Assembly (NCBI GenBank): GCA_951406725.2
Contig: OX597818.1
Span: 95,604,001-95,668,000 of the forward strand
Direction of reading: 5' to 3'
DNA length: 64,000 nt
Source of the DNA: Octopus vulgaris
Lineage: Eukaryota
The notes below the pieces were generated by a model that was not told the DNA's origin, made no database searches, and saw only the letters and a program-made list of their open reading frames with translations. Made by a program: the position numbers and the translations under genes. Shown one piece after another: positions 61,285 to 64,000 of the stretch (the stretch's first letter is position 1; each line of letters begins with the position of its first letter).

Positions 61285-61531
61285 AGTAGCATGGCCTGCT
61301 AGCTGGAGATGCCTGTCTAGCCCTTGTAAACATATAAGAATTCTAGTGAAATAAATCCACTGATTACAAAAATAGAAATATTACATTTCTAAATATCTCA
61401 GAGAGATATAAGTAGTAGTGGTATGATAGAGTAGTTGTATTCTGTCAACCTAATGTGACAGTCCCATGAAGGGAATGACAGCACTGCTATTTAGCCCTAA
61501 AAAGCATCTCCAGCTAGCAGGCCATGCTACT

Positions 61532-61572
61532 CCAGACTGATGACGAGCAAAGACTCAGAAACTAGTCTCTGG
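61532..61572 (+). ncRNA. Minimal type-I hammerhead ribozyme (canonical core)
   Basis: ccaga-CTGATGA-c-gag-caaaga-ctc-a-GAAA-ctag-TC-tctgg. Palindromic ACTAGT stem III. Predicted cleavage after GUC at 61567. Confidence 0.85.
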
Positions 61573-64000
61573 ATGCAGGCTTAGCTGGGTGGGGGTGCTT
61601 GTCTCCCCTTTGTAAACATAAGGACACAGGAAATGTGTCAAGGCCAACAGGAAGCATTGATGCTTCCTAGGGCTAAATATATAGCAGTGGTGTGATTCCC
61701 TTCATGGGACTGTCACATTAAGTTGACAGTATACAACTACTCTATTTTAAATATGTTTATTAATAAAAAGAAAAAAACAACAGAGATCCTCATGAAAAGA
61801 ATAATAATGTTCATGGAGAAAAGTGAGATAGAGGAAGTGAATAAGAAAAGAGACATTAGACGTGAAGAAAAAATGCCAAGAAAGTGGGGCTTACACACTC
61901 ACACACATACATACACATATATATTATCATACACATATATATTATTATCATCATTTCTTTCTCATAACAATTGAAATTATTGGACTCTTCCACAAACCTT
62001 TCTTATCAACAAATTGTTGCTAATGGAAACCATCACCAGATTTTGCCTTGTCAATTAAATCAGCTCTTACGCAAGACCTTATAAAAACCTATTCTTCTTA
62101 ACAATAGTATCATAGTTACTCTTGCTGCTGCTGTTGCTGCTGCTGCTGTTGTTGTTGTTGTTGTTGTTTAACTCCAGTTTAGTATTGATTTAATTGCAGG
62201 TTGAGAGTTGATCGACCAACAATGCCCATTGTTCTATATTGACTTTTCAGTATTCAGCTGATGAACCAGCTGTGACCATCCCATTTTTATTCAGGTTTAG
62301 TGTATATAGAAATATTTAATCCATGTGTTCTTGAATTTTTTTTAAGACAATAGGCTGTGATTTAAGGGAGGTTAAGGGACCAACTACAAGCTCTGTTAAC
62401 GATCTCATGTTGTGGTTTGGTCCTTGGTCAGCTCTACATGTTCCAGCTGTGATCTTTCTCTCTTTATTTAGATATAGTGTGTCTTGGACCACATTAAAAA
62501 AAATAGTAGGATGTCATTTGAAGGAGATTTGGTTTCTATTTCTAACAGATATTGGCTGTGTAGTTAAGAAGCTTGTTTCCCAACCATGTTGTTCTGAGTT
62601 CAGTCTGACTGTGTGGCTCCTTGGGCAAGTGTTCTCTATTATAACCTCAAGGTGACCAAAGCCTTGTGAATGGGTTCAGCAGATGGAAAAGGAAAGACGC
62701 CCATCATTTGTGTGGCACCATCACCAGCAGGGCCACCAAGTAACTTGCAAGGCAAGGAATTTTCAGGGTGGTGCCCCAGCATGACTGCAGTCTAGTGACT
62801 GAAACAAATAAAAGATAGACTTTTCAATGCTTGCACAGGTCAGACTGTATTTGGAGGCAGATATTCTACAGCTGGATGTCCTTCCTGTTGCCAACCCTTA
62901 CCTGTTTCCAAATATGGTAATGTTTCTGCATAGCCAGACATATTTTGTGAAAGACTGGAAATGAACAGCATCAAATCTACACTGTGAAATGGTTGGCATT
63001 TTGAACAGCATCCAGCTATAAAAACCATGCCAAAACTGACCTCACCTGTGCTGGTGCCATGTGAAAAGCACTCAATCCACTCTACAGAGTGGTTGGTGTT
63101 AGAAAGGGCATTCAACTGTAAAAAACCATACCAAAACAGACACAGAAGTCTGGTGTAGTCTTCTATCTGGCCAGCCCCTGTCAAACCACCCAACCCATGC
63201 CAGTATGGAAGATGATTAAATGATGATATGATAATGATGATGATGATGTATATATATATACACACACACACACACACATATACACACATGTCCATATAGT
63301 TGTATATATATATGTATGTGTGTGTGTGTTTGTATATCCTTGTTTGCCATCATGTGATGATTGTAAACAAGCATCACTGTCATACAAGTGATGTTGTTTG
63401 TTTCCAGTCTTCTACAAAATATATGTCTGGCCATGGGGAAATACAACCTTCTTTGGAACCAGGTGAGGGTTGGTAACAGCTGTAGAATATCTGCCTCAGT
63501 AAATTTTGTCTGACTTGTGCAAGCATTGAAAAGTGGATCTTTTATCTTTTACTTGTTTCAGTCATTAGACTGTGGCCATGCTGGGGTACCACCCTGAAAA
63601 ACTTTTAGTTCAATGAGTTGACCTCAGTACTATTTTTTTTAAAGCCTGGTATTTATTCTATTGTTCCCTTTTGCCAAACTTCTAAGTTATAGGGATGTAA
63701 ACACACCAATGCTGGTTGTCAAGCAGTGGTGGTGGGGAACATATACACACACACACACAACAGGCATCTTTTAGTTTCTGTCTACCAAATCCACTCACAA
63801 GGCTTTGGTCAGCCCAAGGCTAAGTAGAAGTTACTTGCCCAAGCTGCCACGCAGTGGGACTGAACCCAGAACCATGTAATTGAAAAGCAAGCCTTTTATC
63901 ATGCAGCCATGTCTGCACCATGCCTGAATGTTAAAAAAATGATGATGAGTGTAATTTCGTGATGGTTTAGCCATTGCCTCACCAAACCTCCTTTTGTTTT

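Larger units (their letters stand above)
61047..61745. mobile_element. Penelope-like pLTR cluster in direct and inverted arrangement (A-B'-x-A-B-x-A')
   Basis: A (~61047-61178) is repeated directly at ~61376-61509 and inverted at ~61659-61745. B (~61504-61637) is inverted at ~61179-61311. B carries a hammerhead. Confidence 0.85.

Noticed and set aside
62200-62245. ttgcag|GTTGAGAGTT as the third NME5 exon
   Set aside because: It reads RLRVDRPTMPIVLY* without the expected LRA.YG...NA.HGS motif and sits in repeat-like sequence.

Overview
AT-rich, repeat-dense eukaryotic DNA with introns. The repeat families and gene architecture suggest a coleoid cephalopod (octopus-like), which is an inference. 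Three host genes can be reconstructed from splice sites and translation: (1) the last two coding exons of a + strand alpha-arrestin (ARRDC-like, VIGTIP and PPSY motifs; 5498-9061); (2) a near-complete, multi-exon, - strand FBF1 homolog (ciliary transition-fibre protein, about 1,090 codons, 15331-54559) with three consecutive micro-exons; (3) the first two coding exons of NME5 on the + strand (56606-59160), head-to-head with FBF1 across about 2 kb containing RFX X-box-like motifs. The introns hold a decayed Gypsy pol interrupted by a Helitron that carries a LINE ORF1-like fragment, three RTE LINEs (two with a PHD finger inside the RT), a near-intact hAT with one in-frame TGA, a young solo LTR, mariner and R4/Dong-like relics, MITEs and many SINEs. 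The strongest unexplained signal is a dispersed set of minimal type-I hammerhead ribozyme motifs in unrelated Penelope-like repeats, several arranged as long inverted repeats. Their 3-8 core pair occurs as C-G, U-A and possibly G-C. A tandem H-type pseudoknot motif also recurs in the RTE/SINE 3' ends.
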